Below are positions 7,332 through 16,588 of a stretch of 32,000 bases of DNA, one piece after another. Origin of the DNA: Xanthomonas campestris pv. campestris str. ATCC 33913 (lineage in GTDB: Bacteria > Pseudomonadota > Gammaproteobacteria > Xanthomonadales > Xanthomonadaceae). Under the pieces are notes generated by a model that had not been told where the DNA came from, did not search any database, and was given only the letters and a program-made list of their open reading frames with translations. Each line of letters begins with the position of its first letter. Within the stretch, counting starts at the first letter, position 1. Both the position numbers and the translations under genes were made by a program. The DNA lies in contig NC_003902.1 of assembly GCF_000007145.1 (NCBI RefSeq), forward strand, positions 1,147,436 to 1,179,435, written 5' to 3'.

Positions 7332-9277
7332 GAGGAAGCTCCGGTTCGCGGGCGATGCTGCTGCAGATCTTTGATGAGAGAGGCGCTGTCCGAATCAGCT
7401 CCAGCGTAGCGCGCCGCAGCGAAACGTTGGCTGAGTGCCAACAGTGTCGTGTGGGGATCGTGCTGTGCCACACGTTGCGCCCAGGTGGTGGCCGGTTCGT
7501 GCGGTTCGCGGGCCAGGCCGAGCTTGCGGTAACGGCGCCCGAGCCGGTGCCAGGCGCGCAGCAGGGGGTCGCGTTCGCGTTCGCCGCGCGCCAGCAGCCA
7601 CCCCATCCAGGCCAGTGCGCTGACCGCGAATACGCCGAAGATGGCCGCGAGCTGGTTGGTGTCCAGGCGGTCGATGCCGAACGGTTGCAGCAGCCGCTGC
7701 TGGCGGTCGGCGTCGAAGGACAGCACCAGCTCGTTCCAGCCGCGACGCAACCAGTCGCTGACCTCGCCCAGCCTGTCCCAGGTGCCCAGCTGGCCACCAC
7801 CGCCGCCACCGGCCTGCAGGCGATCCTCCAGCGTGTCATAGATGCGTTCCGGTGCCACGGCGGCGGTGGGATCCACGCGCACCCAGCCACGGCCGGCCAG
7901 CCACACCTCGCTCCACGCATGCGCGTCCATGCGCCGCACGACCCAGTAATTGCCCAGCCCGTTGTAGGTGCCGCCGGCATAGCCGGTGACCACGCGCGCC
8001 GGGATGCCGGCCGCGCGCATCAGCACCACAAACGACGAGCTGAAGTGTTCGCAAAAACCGGCCTTCTGCTGGAACAGAAACTCATCGACGCTGTTGCGCC
8101 CGAGCAGCGGGGTGTCGAGCGTGTAGGCGAATTCGCGCGTGATCCATTGCAGCGCGCGCTGCACCACTGCGGCATCGTCACGACCCGCTTCGGCACGCCA
8201 CTGGCGGGCCAGGGCGATGGTGCGTGGATTGAAGCCGGGTGGCAGCGCCAATGCGCGTGCGCGCAGCGGCGCCGGTAGATCGGTGTCGAAGCGTGCCGGC
8301 GGCGCGGACTGTAGGTCCCAGCGGGTGAGTGCACTCAACGGGCGCTGCGCGAACAATTCGTAATCGGGCGACAGCTCGGCGTTCGCAACGCCTTGCACCG
8401 GCAGATCCAGCGCGACCAGCTGGCGGCGGTCGGTGGGCTCGTAGTCCAGGCGGTAGCGATACGTTGCCGGCCCGGCAGCGAAGGCGGCTGGTTGCGCGCG
8501 GCCGGTCCAGCGCGCGCGCTGCCAGGTGCGGCCATCGAAATCCCACATGACCGGGCCGCGCCAGTACCGCTGCTCCGGTGGCGGCGCCTTGCCGGTGAAT
8601 TGCACGCGCAGGGCGGGGCTGTCATCGGCCATCAGGTCGATCCACTCACCCGGCGACATGTTGTCCGACAGGCCGGGCCGCGACAGCGCCCGCTCCGGCA
8701 CGCCCCATAGCGGCGAGCTCAAACGTGGCAGCAGCCAGAACGTGGCCAGGGCCAGCGGCACGCCAATGGCCACCAGCTTGCCGATGCTGCGCAATTGCAG
8801 GCGCAGCCCTGGCGTGCCGGTGCGGTGTTCCTCGTCGGCCAGGCGCTGCATGCACAACAGCGCACTCAGCACCGCGAGCAACGCCAGGCCCATGGTGGCC
8901 GGGCCCTGGTCCAGCAGGAATGCGGCAAACGGTGCGAACAACGCAAAGCCGAGCAGGCTGCGCGCATCGCGCAGGGTGCGTAATTCGGAGGCCTTGATCG
9001 CCAGCATCGCCGCCAGGACCGCGCAGCCGGTGTCGCGCCCGAAGCGCATGCCGATCTGCCAGTACACCGCGGCCAGCATCGCGATGACCAACAGCAACCG
9101 GACCGGTGCCATCAGGCTGCCACGCCAGCTCATCACGCCGACCAGCAGCGCGGCGACGGCGATGGTGCCGGCGAGCAGGCCGGGCAACTGCAGCAGCAGC
9201 GGCGCCAGCGCCAGCCAGGTGGTGGCCAGTACCCAGCCGCGGCTGGCCTGGGTGATCGGGGCGGTAGGCTCAGTCAT
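7328..9277 (-). CDS. membrane transglutaminase-like protein (DUF3488-type N-terminal TM region plus transglutaminase core)
   Basis: Multiple N-terminal TM helices. The catalytic triad context is 'GFCEHFSSSF' (Cys), 'DAHAWSEVW' (His) and 'WVRVDPT' (Asp). ATG 9277 is chosen ('MTEPTAPITQ'), overlapping the DUF58 stop by 8 nt. Confidence 0.85.
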   Translation of the reverse strand: MTEPTAPITQASRGWVLATTWLALAPLLLQLPGLLAGTIAVAALLVGVMSWRGSLMAPVRLLLVIAMLAAVYWQIGMRFGRDTGCAVLAAMLAIKASELRTLRDARSLLGFALFAPFAAFLLDQGPATMGLALLAVLSALLCMQRLADEEHRTGTPGLRLQLRSIGKLVAIGVPLALATFWLLPRLSSPLWGVPERALSRPGLSDNMSPGEWIDLMADDSPALRVQFTGKAPPPEQRYWRGPVMWDFDGRTWQRARWTGRAQPAAFAAGPATYRYRLDYEPTDRRQLVALDLPVQGVANAELSPDYELFAQRPLSALTRWDLQSAPPARFDTDLPAPLRARALALPPGFNPRTIALARQWRAEAGRDDAAVVQRALQWITREFAYTLDTPLLGRNSVDEFLFQQKAGFCEHFSSSFVVLMRAAGIPARVVTGYAGGTYNGLGNYWVVRRMDAHAWSEVWLAGRGWVRVDPTAAVAPERIYDTLEDRLQAGGGGGGQLGTWDRLGEVSDWLRRGWNELVLSFDADRQQRLLQPFGIDRLDTNQLAAIFGVFAVSALAWMGWLLARGERERDPLLRAWHRLGRRYRKLGLAREPHEPATTWAQRVAQHDPHTTLLALSQRFAAARYAGADSDSASLIKDLQQHRPRTGASS

Positions 9278-10205
9278 GCGGTAGTAGCGCCAACGCACGC
9301 AGGCACAGATGATGGTGCGACGGGCCCTGTGCAGGACCAAGCGGTGGCTGGCCCGGCAACAGCAGCCGGTAGCGGCGGCCATCGCGTTCGGCAAGGTTGA
9401 CCCAGCGCGTCAGCCGCGCGATGCGGCGTTCGTAGGGCAGGGCGCTGAGGCTGCGCCAGTCGAGGGTGACTTCCACACCCAGCGGCTGCTCGTATTCGCG
9501 CACCAGCAGCGCATCGCGGCGCGCAGAGTGCTTCCACGAAATCGTGCGCGGTGCGTCGCCGGCCCGGTACGGACGCAGTTGGTGCAGTTCCTCGCCTTGT
9601 GCATGCAGACGGGTCTGATTGGGCGAGCCGGCGCCATCGGGCAGCGCGGGGCCGTGCGCTTCCGGGGCCGGGTACGCCAGCAGCGGTGTTTCCGGCCAGA
9701 CCCATGACCAGGCGCGCACCAGCCCCAGCGGTTGAGTGCTGGACAGCCGAATGCGCTCGATGTCCTGCCAGCCGCGACGCACGGTGGGCACCAGCAGATC
9801 CACGTCCGCGTTGTCGTAGTCGGTGAGCGAGCAAAAACCGCTGTGCTCCAGATGATCCAGGCGCAATCCGCGGCGGGCGCGGGTGTCGCGGCGTGCCAAC
9901 GACACCCGCATGCGCAGCGGCTCACCGGCCACCACCGGTTCGGCGGAGACCGCTTCGATCCGCAGTGCCGACAATTGCAGGTGCGCCACGATGCTGCTGG
10001 CGATGCCGGCGGTGGCCAGCAGCAGCGCCAGCAACAACGCCGGGTTGTTGTTGTAGTTCAGCGCGCCGAGCAGCATGGCCATCAGCAAGGCCGCCAGAAA
10101 CAGGCCAAATCGCGTGGGCAGCACATAGATCCGGCGCCGATCCAGCACGATCGGCACAGCTTCCGGCCCGCGCGGGCGGGCCAGCAGGCTGAGCCGTCGG
10201 CCCAT
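9270..10205 (-). CDS. DUF58 domain protein (MoxR-associated, vWA-like)
   Basis: 'LRPYRAGDAPRTISWKHSARRDALLVREYEQ' is the typical DUF58 motif, and there are two N-terminal TM helices. ATG 10205 ('MGRRLSLL') is chosen, 25 nt after the moxR stop. Confidence 0.8.
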   Translation of the reverse strand: MGRRLSLLARPRGPEAVPIVLDRRRIYVLPTRFGLFLAALLMAMLLGALNYNNNPALLLALLLATAGIASSIVAHLQLSALRIEAVSAEPVVAGEPLRMRVSLARRDTRARRGLRLDHLEHSGFCSLTDYDNADVDLLVPTVRRGWQDIERIRLSSTQPLGLVRAWSWVWPETPLLAYPAPEAHGPALPDGAGSPNQTRLHAQGEELHQLRPYRAGDAPRTISWKHSARRDALLVREYEQPLGVEVTLDWRSLSALPYERRIARLTRWVNLAERDGRRYRLLLPGQPPLGPAQGPSHHHLCLRALALLPHD

Positions 10206-10230
10206 GCCACGCAGGTGCGCACGCACGTGC

Positions 10231-11184
10231 TCAGTCCACCGGTACGCTGTGCAGCAACGCCTTGGCCAGCGCCGGCCCGGACGATGATTCGGCTTCCGGC
10301 ACCAGGCGGTGCCCGGCGACCGCCACGAACAACGCCTGCACATCCTCCGGCAGCACATGCTCTCGCCCCAGCAGCAGGGCGTAGGCCTTGGCTGCGCGCA
10401 ACAGCGCAATCCCCGCACGCGGCGACAGGCCCACGCGCACGCCGGCGTGCTGACGGCTACGCAGCAGCAGCGCCTGCACATAGGTGATCAAGGCGTCGCT
10501 GGTGTGGATGTGGTTGACCCCCGCGCGCAACGCCACGACATCGGCATCGCTCAACTGCGGTGCGGCCTGGGCGATCAACTCGCGACGATCCACGCCCGAC
10601 AGCAGCGCCCGTTCGGCATCGGCACTGGGGTAGCCCAGGCTGAGCCGCAGCAGGAAGCGGTCCAGTTGCGAATCCGGTAGCGGGAAGGTGCCCGACAGAT
10701 CAACCGGGTTTTGCGTGGCGATCACGAAGAACGGCTCCGGCAGCGCATGTGTCACCCCGTCCAGGGTGACCTGCTGCTCGGCCATCGCTTCCAGTAGCGA
10801 GCTCTGCGTGCGCGGCGGCGCGCGGTTGATCTCGTCGGCCAGCAGCACGTCGGTGAACACCGGGCCGGGATGAAACTGGAACTGGCGCGAGGCCGCGTCG
10901 TAGACCGACACGCCCAGCACATCGGCCGGCAATAGGTCAGAGGTGAACTGCACGCGCTGGAACCCCAGGCCCAGGCTGGACGCCATGGCGTGGGCGAGGG
11001 TGGTCTTGCCCAGGCCGGGCAGGTCCTCGATCAACAGATGTCCCCCGGACAGCAGTGCCACGAACGCCAGGCGCACTTCCTGCGCCTTGCCCAGCAACAG
11101 CGAATTGACCTGGTCCTGTGCGCGCCGCAGCGATTGGCGCAGCGCATCGGTTAGCATTTCCGTGGAACGCAGCGGTGTCGACAT
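10231..11184 (-). CDS. MoxR-family AAA+ ATPase
   Basis: Walker A 'DLPGLGKTT' and Walker B 'LLADEINRAPP', followed by 'FFVIATQNP'. ATG 11184 ('MSTPLRSTEML') is chosen. Confidence 0.9.
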   Translation of the reverse strand: MSTPLRSTEMLTDALRQSLRRAQDQVNSLLLGKAQEVRLAFVALLSGGHLLIEDLPGLGKTTLAHAMASSLGLGFQRVQFTSDLLPADVLGVSVYDAASRQFQFHPGPVFTDVLLADEINRAPPRTQSSLLEAMAEQQVTLDGVTHALPEPFFVIATQNPVDLSGTFPLPDSQLDRFLLRLSLGYPSADAERALLSGVDRRELIAQAAPQLSDADVVALRAGVNHIHTSDALITYVQALLLRSRQHAGVRVGLSPRAGIALLRAAKAYALLLGREHVLPEDVQALFVAVAGHRLVPEAESSSGPALAKALLHSVPVD

Positions 11185-11208
11185 CACAAATCCGTAGGTG
11201 GAAGAAGA

Positions 11209-13065
11209 GTGCACAGGGCAATGCCAGGGGACCAACGCGCACATCGCACCTTCGTGATCCTGTGGACACTGGCGACGGCCGTCAAGCTATTGATTGCCGC
11301 GCGTCTGCCGCTGTTCGTGGACGAGGCGTTTTACTGGCAGGAAGGCCAGCATCTGGCAGCGGCGTACTCGGATCTGCCGGGCATGACCGCGTGGCTGACG
11401 CGCCTGGGCGTGGAACTTGGCGGGCACCATTTACTGGCGCTGCGGTTGCCGTTTCTGGCCATCGCTGCGCTGCTGCCGTGGCTGGTTGCGCACATCGCCA
11501 CGCGCTGGTTCGGCTCCACGCTGGGCTGGCAGGCCGGCAGTCTGACCTTGCTAATGCCGCTGTCGGCCACGCTCGGCATCCTGGCGGTGCCCGATGTGCC
11601 CATGGCATTGGCAGCGGTGCTGTGCATGGATGCGGGCGCGCGGCTGTTGCGCGAGGTCGATGCCACCAGCGCGCTGGAGCTCGCCATCGGCCTGGTCATC
11701 GGTGCACTGAGCCACTACCGCTTTGTCGGTGTGATCGGAGTGGGATGCATTGCATTGCTGTGCATTCCGCAGGGGCGTGCGGTCTTGCGCGACCCACGCA
11801 TCTGGATGGCGCTGACGGTAGGTGCCATGAGCTGGCTGCCGCTGCTGTTCTGGAACACCGACCATGACGAGGCGGGCCTGCGCTTTCAGCTGGTAGACCG
11901 GCATCCGTGGACGTTCCAGATCACCGGGCTGTGGTTTTTGCTGATCCAGGCCGCGCTGGTGACGCCACTGCTGGCCTGGGCGATGGTCAAGGTCAGCCTG
12001 GCCGGCACCCGTGCCGGGAGTGGCGGCTCGCGTGCGCAGTGGCGCTACTTCGGCCTGCTGGGCGGTATTTCCACGCTGGCGATCTTCGTGCTGGGGTTCT
12101 TCAGCGATGCCGAGCGGATCAGCTTCCACTGGCCGTTGCCGGGCTATCTCGCCCTGCTGGTCGCCGCGCCGGTGATCCTGATGCGCTGGCCGCGCCCGCT
12201 GCGGCGTGCCACCTGGCTGATCGCGCTGCTCGGCATGCTGGGCGCCTACAGCTATTACCTGGCGGTGTCGGTGCCGGCAATCCGCGCGCAAGCGGCGGGC
12301 GAAAAATACTACCCGCGCAATTTTGCCGGCTGGAAAGACCTGGCGCGTGCGGTCAAGACTGAACTGGCGCAGCTGCCGCCCGGCACCCGCGTGCTGGCGG
12401 AAAACTTCAAGGTAGGCGCCGAGCTCGGCTTCCAATTGCACGATGCACAGATCGAAGTGCTGCAGGCTGATCTGAACGACAAGCATGGCCGCTCGGCGCA
12501 ACTGGCCCAGTGGGGGCTGCTCAGCCATGGCGAACGCAGCGGCCCGCGCCTGCTGGTGCTCTCGCCCAGCGATCAGCGCTACCGCGATCTGCTCACGCGT
12601 TACCACGCCATCTGCGCCATGGTCGGGCCGCTGCCGCCGCCCAAGGTGGTCTCCACTGACCACGGCTATCAGCGCTTCCTGCTGTTCGCGCTGCCGGCGC
12701 AACGCCAGCCCGGCCCCTGCATCGCGCCTGCGATGGCGTGGATCGATACGCCGCTGCCTGGCGTTGCCGCCACGACCACCATGCAGGTGCGTGGCTGGGC
12801 CTTCAAGGACGGCGTGGGCCTGTCGCGCGTCGAGCTGCTGGTCGATGGTCGCCCCGCTGGACGCGCCGACTACGGTGCCACCCTGGATGTGCGCCCGTAT
12901 TGGAAAATCTCTAACGACCCGCAACATCCCCGCGTCGGCTTTACTGCCACGTTGGACACGCGCGCGCTGACGCCCGGCACGCATTGGTTGGGCTTGCGCC
13001 TGCACGGCCACGACGGCAGCGTCGAGGACTGGTGGGAGCAGCCATTCACCGTTCCCGTCCCCTGA
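11209..13065 (+). CDS. GT-C fold membrane glycosyltransferase, family 39/ArnT-PMT-like, with a soluble C-terminal domain
   Basis: 618 aa. The N-terminal 'RLPLFVDEAFYWQEGQHL..YSDLPGMTAW' resembles the DEAYYW motif of PMT_2/ArnT-like enzymes. About 10 TM segments are followed by a roughly 230-aa non-membrane tail. Candidate starts are GTG 11209 (AGGTGG 8 nt upstream) and ATG 11221. Confidence 0.75.
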   Translation: MHRAMPGDQRAHRTFVILWTLATAVKLLIAARLPLFVDEAFYWQEGQHLAAAYSDLPGMTAWLTRLGVELGGHHLLALRLPFLAIAALLPWLVAHIATRWFGSTLGWQAGSLTLLMPLSATLGILAVPDVPMALAAVLCMDAGARLLREVDATSALELAIGLVIGALSHYRFVGVIGVGCIALLCIPQGRAVLRDPRIWMALTVGAMSWLPLLFWNTDHDEAGLRFQLVDRHPWTFQITGLWFLLIQAALVTPLLAWAMVKVSLAGTRAGSGGSRAQWRYFGLLGGISTLAIFVLGFFSDAERISFHWPLPGYLALLVAAPVILMRWPRPLRRATWLIALLGMLGAYSYYLAVSVPAIRAQAAGEKYYPRNFAGWKDLARAVKTELAQLPPGTRVLAENFKVGAELGFQLHDAQIEVLQADLNDKHGRSAQLAQWGLLSHGERSGPRLLVLSPSDQRYRDLLTRYHAICAMVGPLPPPKVVSTDHGYQRFLLFALPAQRQPGPCIAPAMAWIDTPLPGVAATTTMQVRGWAFKDGVGLSRVELLVDGRPAGRADYGATLDVRPYWKISNDPQHPRVGFTATLDTRALTPGTHWLGLRLHGHDGSVEDWWEQPFTVPVP

Positions 13066-13084
13066 CCGGAGACTGGCCTACGTG

Positions 13085-14065
13085 ATGAGTACCGATTGTC
13101 CCGACACCTTTGCCGGGATCCGCATCGCCGTGCTGGTGCCATGCCACAACGAGGCCGCCACCATTGCCGCAGTGGTCGGTGATTTTGCCGTGGCGTTGCC
13201 GCGGGCGGCCATCCATGTGCTGGACAACAACTCCAGCGATGCCACCGCGGCGATCGCCGTAGCGGCCTGTGCGCAGGTGCGGCGCGTGGCGCTGCAGGGC
13301 AAGGGCAATGTGGTGCGCCGCGGTTTTGCCGATGTGGACGCCGACATCTATGTGCTGGTCGATGGCGACGCGACGTACGACGCGGCTGCCGCGCCAGCGC
13401 TGGTGCGCAAGTTGCTCAGCGAGCAACTGGACATGGTGGTCGGCGCGCGGCGCGATCAACAGCAGGCCGCGTACCGGCCCGGACATCGGCTGGGCAATGT
13501 GCTGCTGACACGCTGCGCAGGCCTGCTGTGCGGCCGCAGTTTCGAAGACATGTTGTCGGGTTGCCGGGTGTTTTCGCGCCGCTAAGTCAAATCCTTTGCC
13601 GCGCATGCGCATGGGTTCGAAACCGAAACCGAACTGGCGGTGCACGCGTTGCAATTGCGCATGCCGGTCGCCGAAGTCGACACTGCCTACGGTGTGCGGC
13701 CGGAGGGCTCGCAGAGCAAGTTGAATACCTGGCGCGACGGGTGGCGGATCCTTACCACCATCGTGAAGTTGTTCAAGGCCGAGCGTCCGCTGCTGTTCTT
13801 TTCGATCGGCTTCCTGTTCAGTGCCGCGCTGTCGATCGTGCTGGCCGTACCGTTGTTGCAGACCTATCTGGAAACGGGCCTGGTGCCGCGCTTTCCAACC
13901 GCGATCCTGTGCGTAGCCCTGATGCTGCTCGGTTTCCTGTTGCTGGCGTGCGGGCTGATTCTGGACACGGTGACCCGTGGTCGTGTCGAGTCCAAGCATC
14001 TGGCCTATCTCGCCGAACCGAGCGTGGCAGCGCTTGCATCCAGACATGCGCAGGAGCGGGCGTGA
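13085..14065 (+). pseudogene. family-2 glycosyltransferase (polyprenyl-phosphate sugar synthase type, GtrB/ArnC-like) interrupted by an in-frame TAA at 13583-13585
   Basis: ORFs 13082..13585 and 13640..14065 are in the same frame. Reading through the TAA gives a continuous GT2 sequence: 'VLVPCHNEA...LDNNSSD...VDGDATYD...DMLSGCRVFSRR*VKSFAAHAHGFETETELAVHALQLRMPVAEV...', followed by two C-terminal TM helices. Confidence 0.8.
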
Positions 14066-15891
14066 TGCGGGCAAGTGCAGCAACAGCGAAAGCGACGCGC
14101 CGCCAACGCCTGCTCGCCTGGGCGGATCGTCGCTTCGGTTTCCATTCTCTGCGGCATAGTGCCGCCGCCGTACTTGCCATCGTGCTGCTCGGTGCACTGA
14201 TGTCGCTCGGCCTCGGCCAGGACGCCAACTGGGACTTGCGCAACTATCACCTGTACATCGGCGATGCCTGATTGCACGGGCGACTGACGACCGACCTCGC
14301 GCTGGCGCAGATGCAAAGCTACTTCAGCCCGCTGCTGGATGCGATGCATGCCGCCTTGATGTTGCACCTTCCCGCGCCACTGGTTGGCGTGCTGCTCGGT
14401 GCACTGCATGCGCTGGTGTTCGTGCCGGTGGCCGCGGTTGCCTGGCGGGGGCTTTCGGTGCATCCGCGGCGTGCGCAATGGACACCGCTGCTGGTGGCCG
14501 CAGGATTCAGCAGCGCCGTGTTTCTGTCCGAACTCGGCGGCACCATGGGCGATACCGCCACGGCCTTGCCCGTGTTGGGCCTTGGCGCTGGTTCTGCAGG
14601 CACAGGCACGTGCGCGGCAGGGCAAAACCGCCCTCCATCTATGGCGTACAGGCGCGTTGCTGGGTCTGGCGGTGCGCTCAAGTTGACCAATGCGCTCTAC
14701 GCCCTCGCGCTGGTGCCGGCGCTGATGTGCGATGGCGCGCGCCTGCGGGCACGGCTGCTGGCGCTGGGCATCGTGATCGTCGTCGCGGGCGGTGTATTCG
14801 CGCTGGTGGCCGGGCCGTGGTACTGGCAGGTCTGGCAACACCTGGGCAACCCGTTATTCCCGCAGTTCAATGGGCTGTTTAAATCCCCGTTGGCCGCGCC
14901 GGTGTCGATCGCCGACACGCGCTGGCTGCCGCGCAATCTTGGCGAACACCTGCTCTGGCCGCTGCTGTTTACGTTGAAGCCGCAACGTATCGGCGACCTG
15001 GGATTGGTGCAGGCACTGTGGGCCGTGCTGTATGCGCTGGTGCTGATCGTGGCTGCGCGCGCTGTGCTGCGTCGCCGGGTTGCTGGGGTTGGGCTGGATC
15101 GCTCGGCCACTGTGGTGCTGGTGTTCGTGGCCACGGCCTATGTGTTGTGGCAGGCCATCTTCAGCATCCACCGCTATCTGGTCGTGCTGGAATTGCTGGC
15201 GCCGGTGGTGCTGTGGATCTGTTGCCGGCATGCGTTTGCGCAACGTGCCGATCACAAGGCTGCGTGGTTGATCGGGCTGTGCGCGCTGGTGGCCGTGGTC
15301 GGCTGGAAGGATTGGGGGCACGAGCCCTGGGCGCGCGCGGGGTTTGAGGTCACGCAACCGCAGATCATCGATCCGGCACGGGTAACGGTCTTGCTGGTCG
15401 GCGATGAGCCGCAGTCATGGCGCGTCACGCTGTTGCCGCAGCAGTCCCGTTACATCGGGGTCGCAACCAACATCAGCGAGACCGATGCGTATCGGGCGCG
15501 CGTGCGCACCCTGGTGGCCGAGCGCCCACAGATTTACGCGATGCTGGGTGCGGCGCGCGACAAACAGCAGGCGCGGGTGGATCGCATGAATCGCTGGGCG
15601 CATCAGTTCGGGTGGGCAGCGCAGCCGGACTGCGCACGCCTGCGTTGGCTGATCGCGCGCGGTCTGCGCGCCGAGCTGGCTGCTTCCACGCCCGGCCGCT
15701 GCCTGTTGGTCGTGCCCAAGGCCAGGGCGCTGGATATCGCGGCGGCCGATCAGGCCATTCGCGAGATGGCGCAGCAGCGCCTGGGTGCGTACGGGCTGAC
15801 GCTGGACCCGGCGCAGTGCCGCACGTTGCTCTCACGCATTGGGCAAACCGTCTATCCGTATCAGTTTTGCACGCTGCGCCAGGCGGGCTGA
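14065..15891 (+). pseudogene. polytopic membrane protein, probable second GT-C-type glycosyltransferase (possibly GT87/DUF2029-like), interrupted by an in-frame TGA at 14269-14271
   Basis: ATG 14065 overlaps the GT2 stop (TGATG). 'GQDANWDLRNYHLYIGDA*LHGRLTTDLALAQMQSYFSPLLD' is continuous in one frame across the TGA. The rest is multi-TM plus a soluble C-terminus. Region ~14578-14680 reads better in the +1 frame. The family name is uncertain. Confidence 0.65.
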
Positions 15892-15898
15892 GGCAGCT

Positions 15899-16477
15899 TC
15901 AAGGCAGCGAAAATCCCGCCTGCCGCAGCAACCGCGCCACTGCGATCAGCGGCAGGCCGACCAGGGCGGTGGGGTCGTTGCTACGGATTGCGTCGAACAA
16001 GGTGATGCCCAGGCCCTCGCATTTGAAGCTGCCGGCACACTCCAGCGCCGGTTCGGCTGCCAGGTAGCGTTCGATCTCCTGCGGCTGCAGGGGCCGCACC
16101 TGGACGTCGGTAAGGTCCAGCGCTTGCGCGGCAAACCCGTCCGGGCCGATCAGGCTGACCGCGGTCTGGAAACGCACCATGCGGCCGGACATGCGCGTCA
16201 GCTGCGCGCGCGCCTGCTCCAGCGTGCCCGGCTTGCCGAGCGCCTGGCCGTCCAGGTCGGCGACCTGGTCCGAGCCGATCACCCAGGCCTCGGGGAAGCG
16301 CACCGCCACGGCGCGCGCCTTCTCGCCGGCCAGCCGGGTCGCAAGCGCCTGCGGCGTTTCGCCGGGCAGGGCGTGCTCGTCCACCTCGGGGCGGGCGGTG
16401 TCGAAGTCCAGGTGCAGGCGGCCCAGCAGCTCGCGGCGGTAGGCAGACGTGGAGGCCAGGATCAGGCGTGGCATCAT
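15899..16477 (-). CDS. maf: Maf-family nucleoside triphosphate pyrophosphatase (YceF-like)
   Basis: 'RLILASTSAYRRELLGRL', 'VIGSDQV' and 'GKP' motifs, 192 aa. It is divergent from yceD, as in many proteobacteria. Confidence 0.9.
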   Translation of the reverse strand: MMPRLILASTSAYRRELLGRLHLDFDTARPEVDEHALPGETPQALATRLAGEKARAVAVRFPEAWVIGSDQVADLDGQALGKPGTLEQARAQLTRMSGRMVRFQTAVSLIGPDGFAAQALDLTDVQVRPLQPQEIERYLAAEPALECAGSFKCEGLGITLFDAIRSNDPTALVGLPLIAVARLLRQAGFSLP

Positions 16478-16549
16478 GGGCGCACTGCGAGGGAGGGCAG
16501 AGGAGTCTGCCGGCCCCGGCGCCGGGCCACAATCCCAGCGGCGGCAGAT

Positions 16550-16578
16550 TTGACATGGCCCCGGCGGGTCTTTAACAT
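16550..16578 (+). promoter_or_regulatory. candidate sigma-70 promoter for yceD-rpmF(-fabH)
   Basis: TTGACA (16550-16555), a 17-nt spacer, then TAACAT (16573-16578). The predicted start site would lie only a few nt before ATG 16589, giving a very short leader. Confidence 0.4.
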
Positions 16579-16588
16579 TCTGCGGCTT

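Noticed and set aside
14269-14271. The in-frame TGA as selenocysteine or another recoding event.
   Set aside because: No SECIS-like hairpin is obvious immediately downstream, and the expected residue is Trp or another aromatic rather than Cys. The neighbouring gene has an unrelated TAA lesion. Pseudogenisation or a sequencing error is more parsimonious.
15839-16588. The 250-codon N-terminal extension of the yceD ORF (419-aa ORF 15839..17098).
   Set aside because: It runs antisense through the whole maf gene and the divergent promoter region. YceD-like sequence begins only at ATG 16589.
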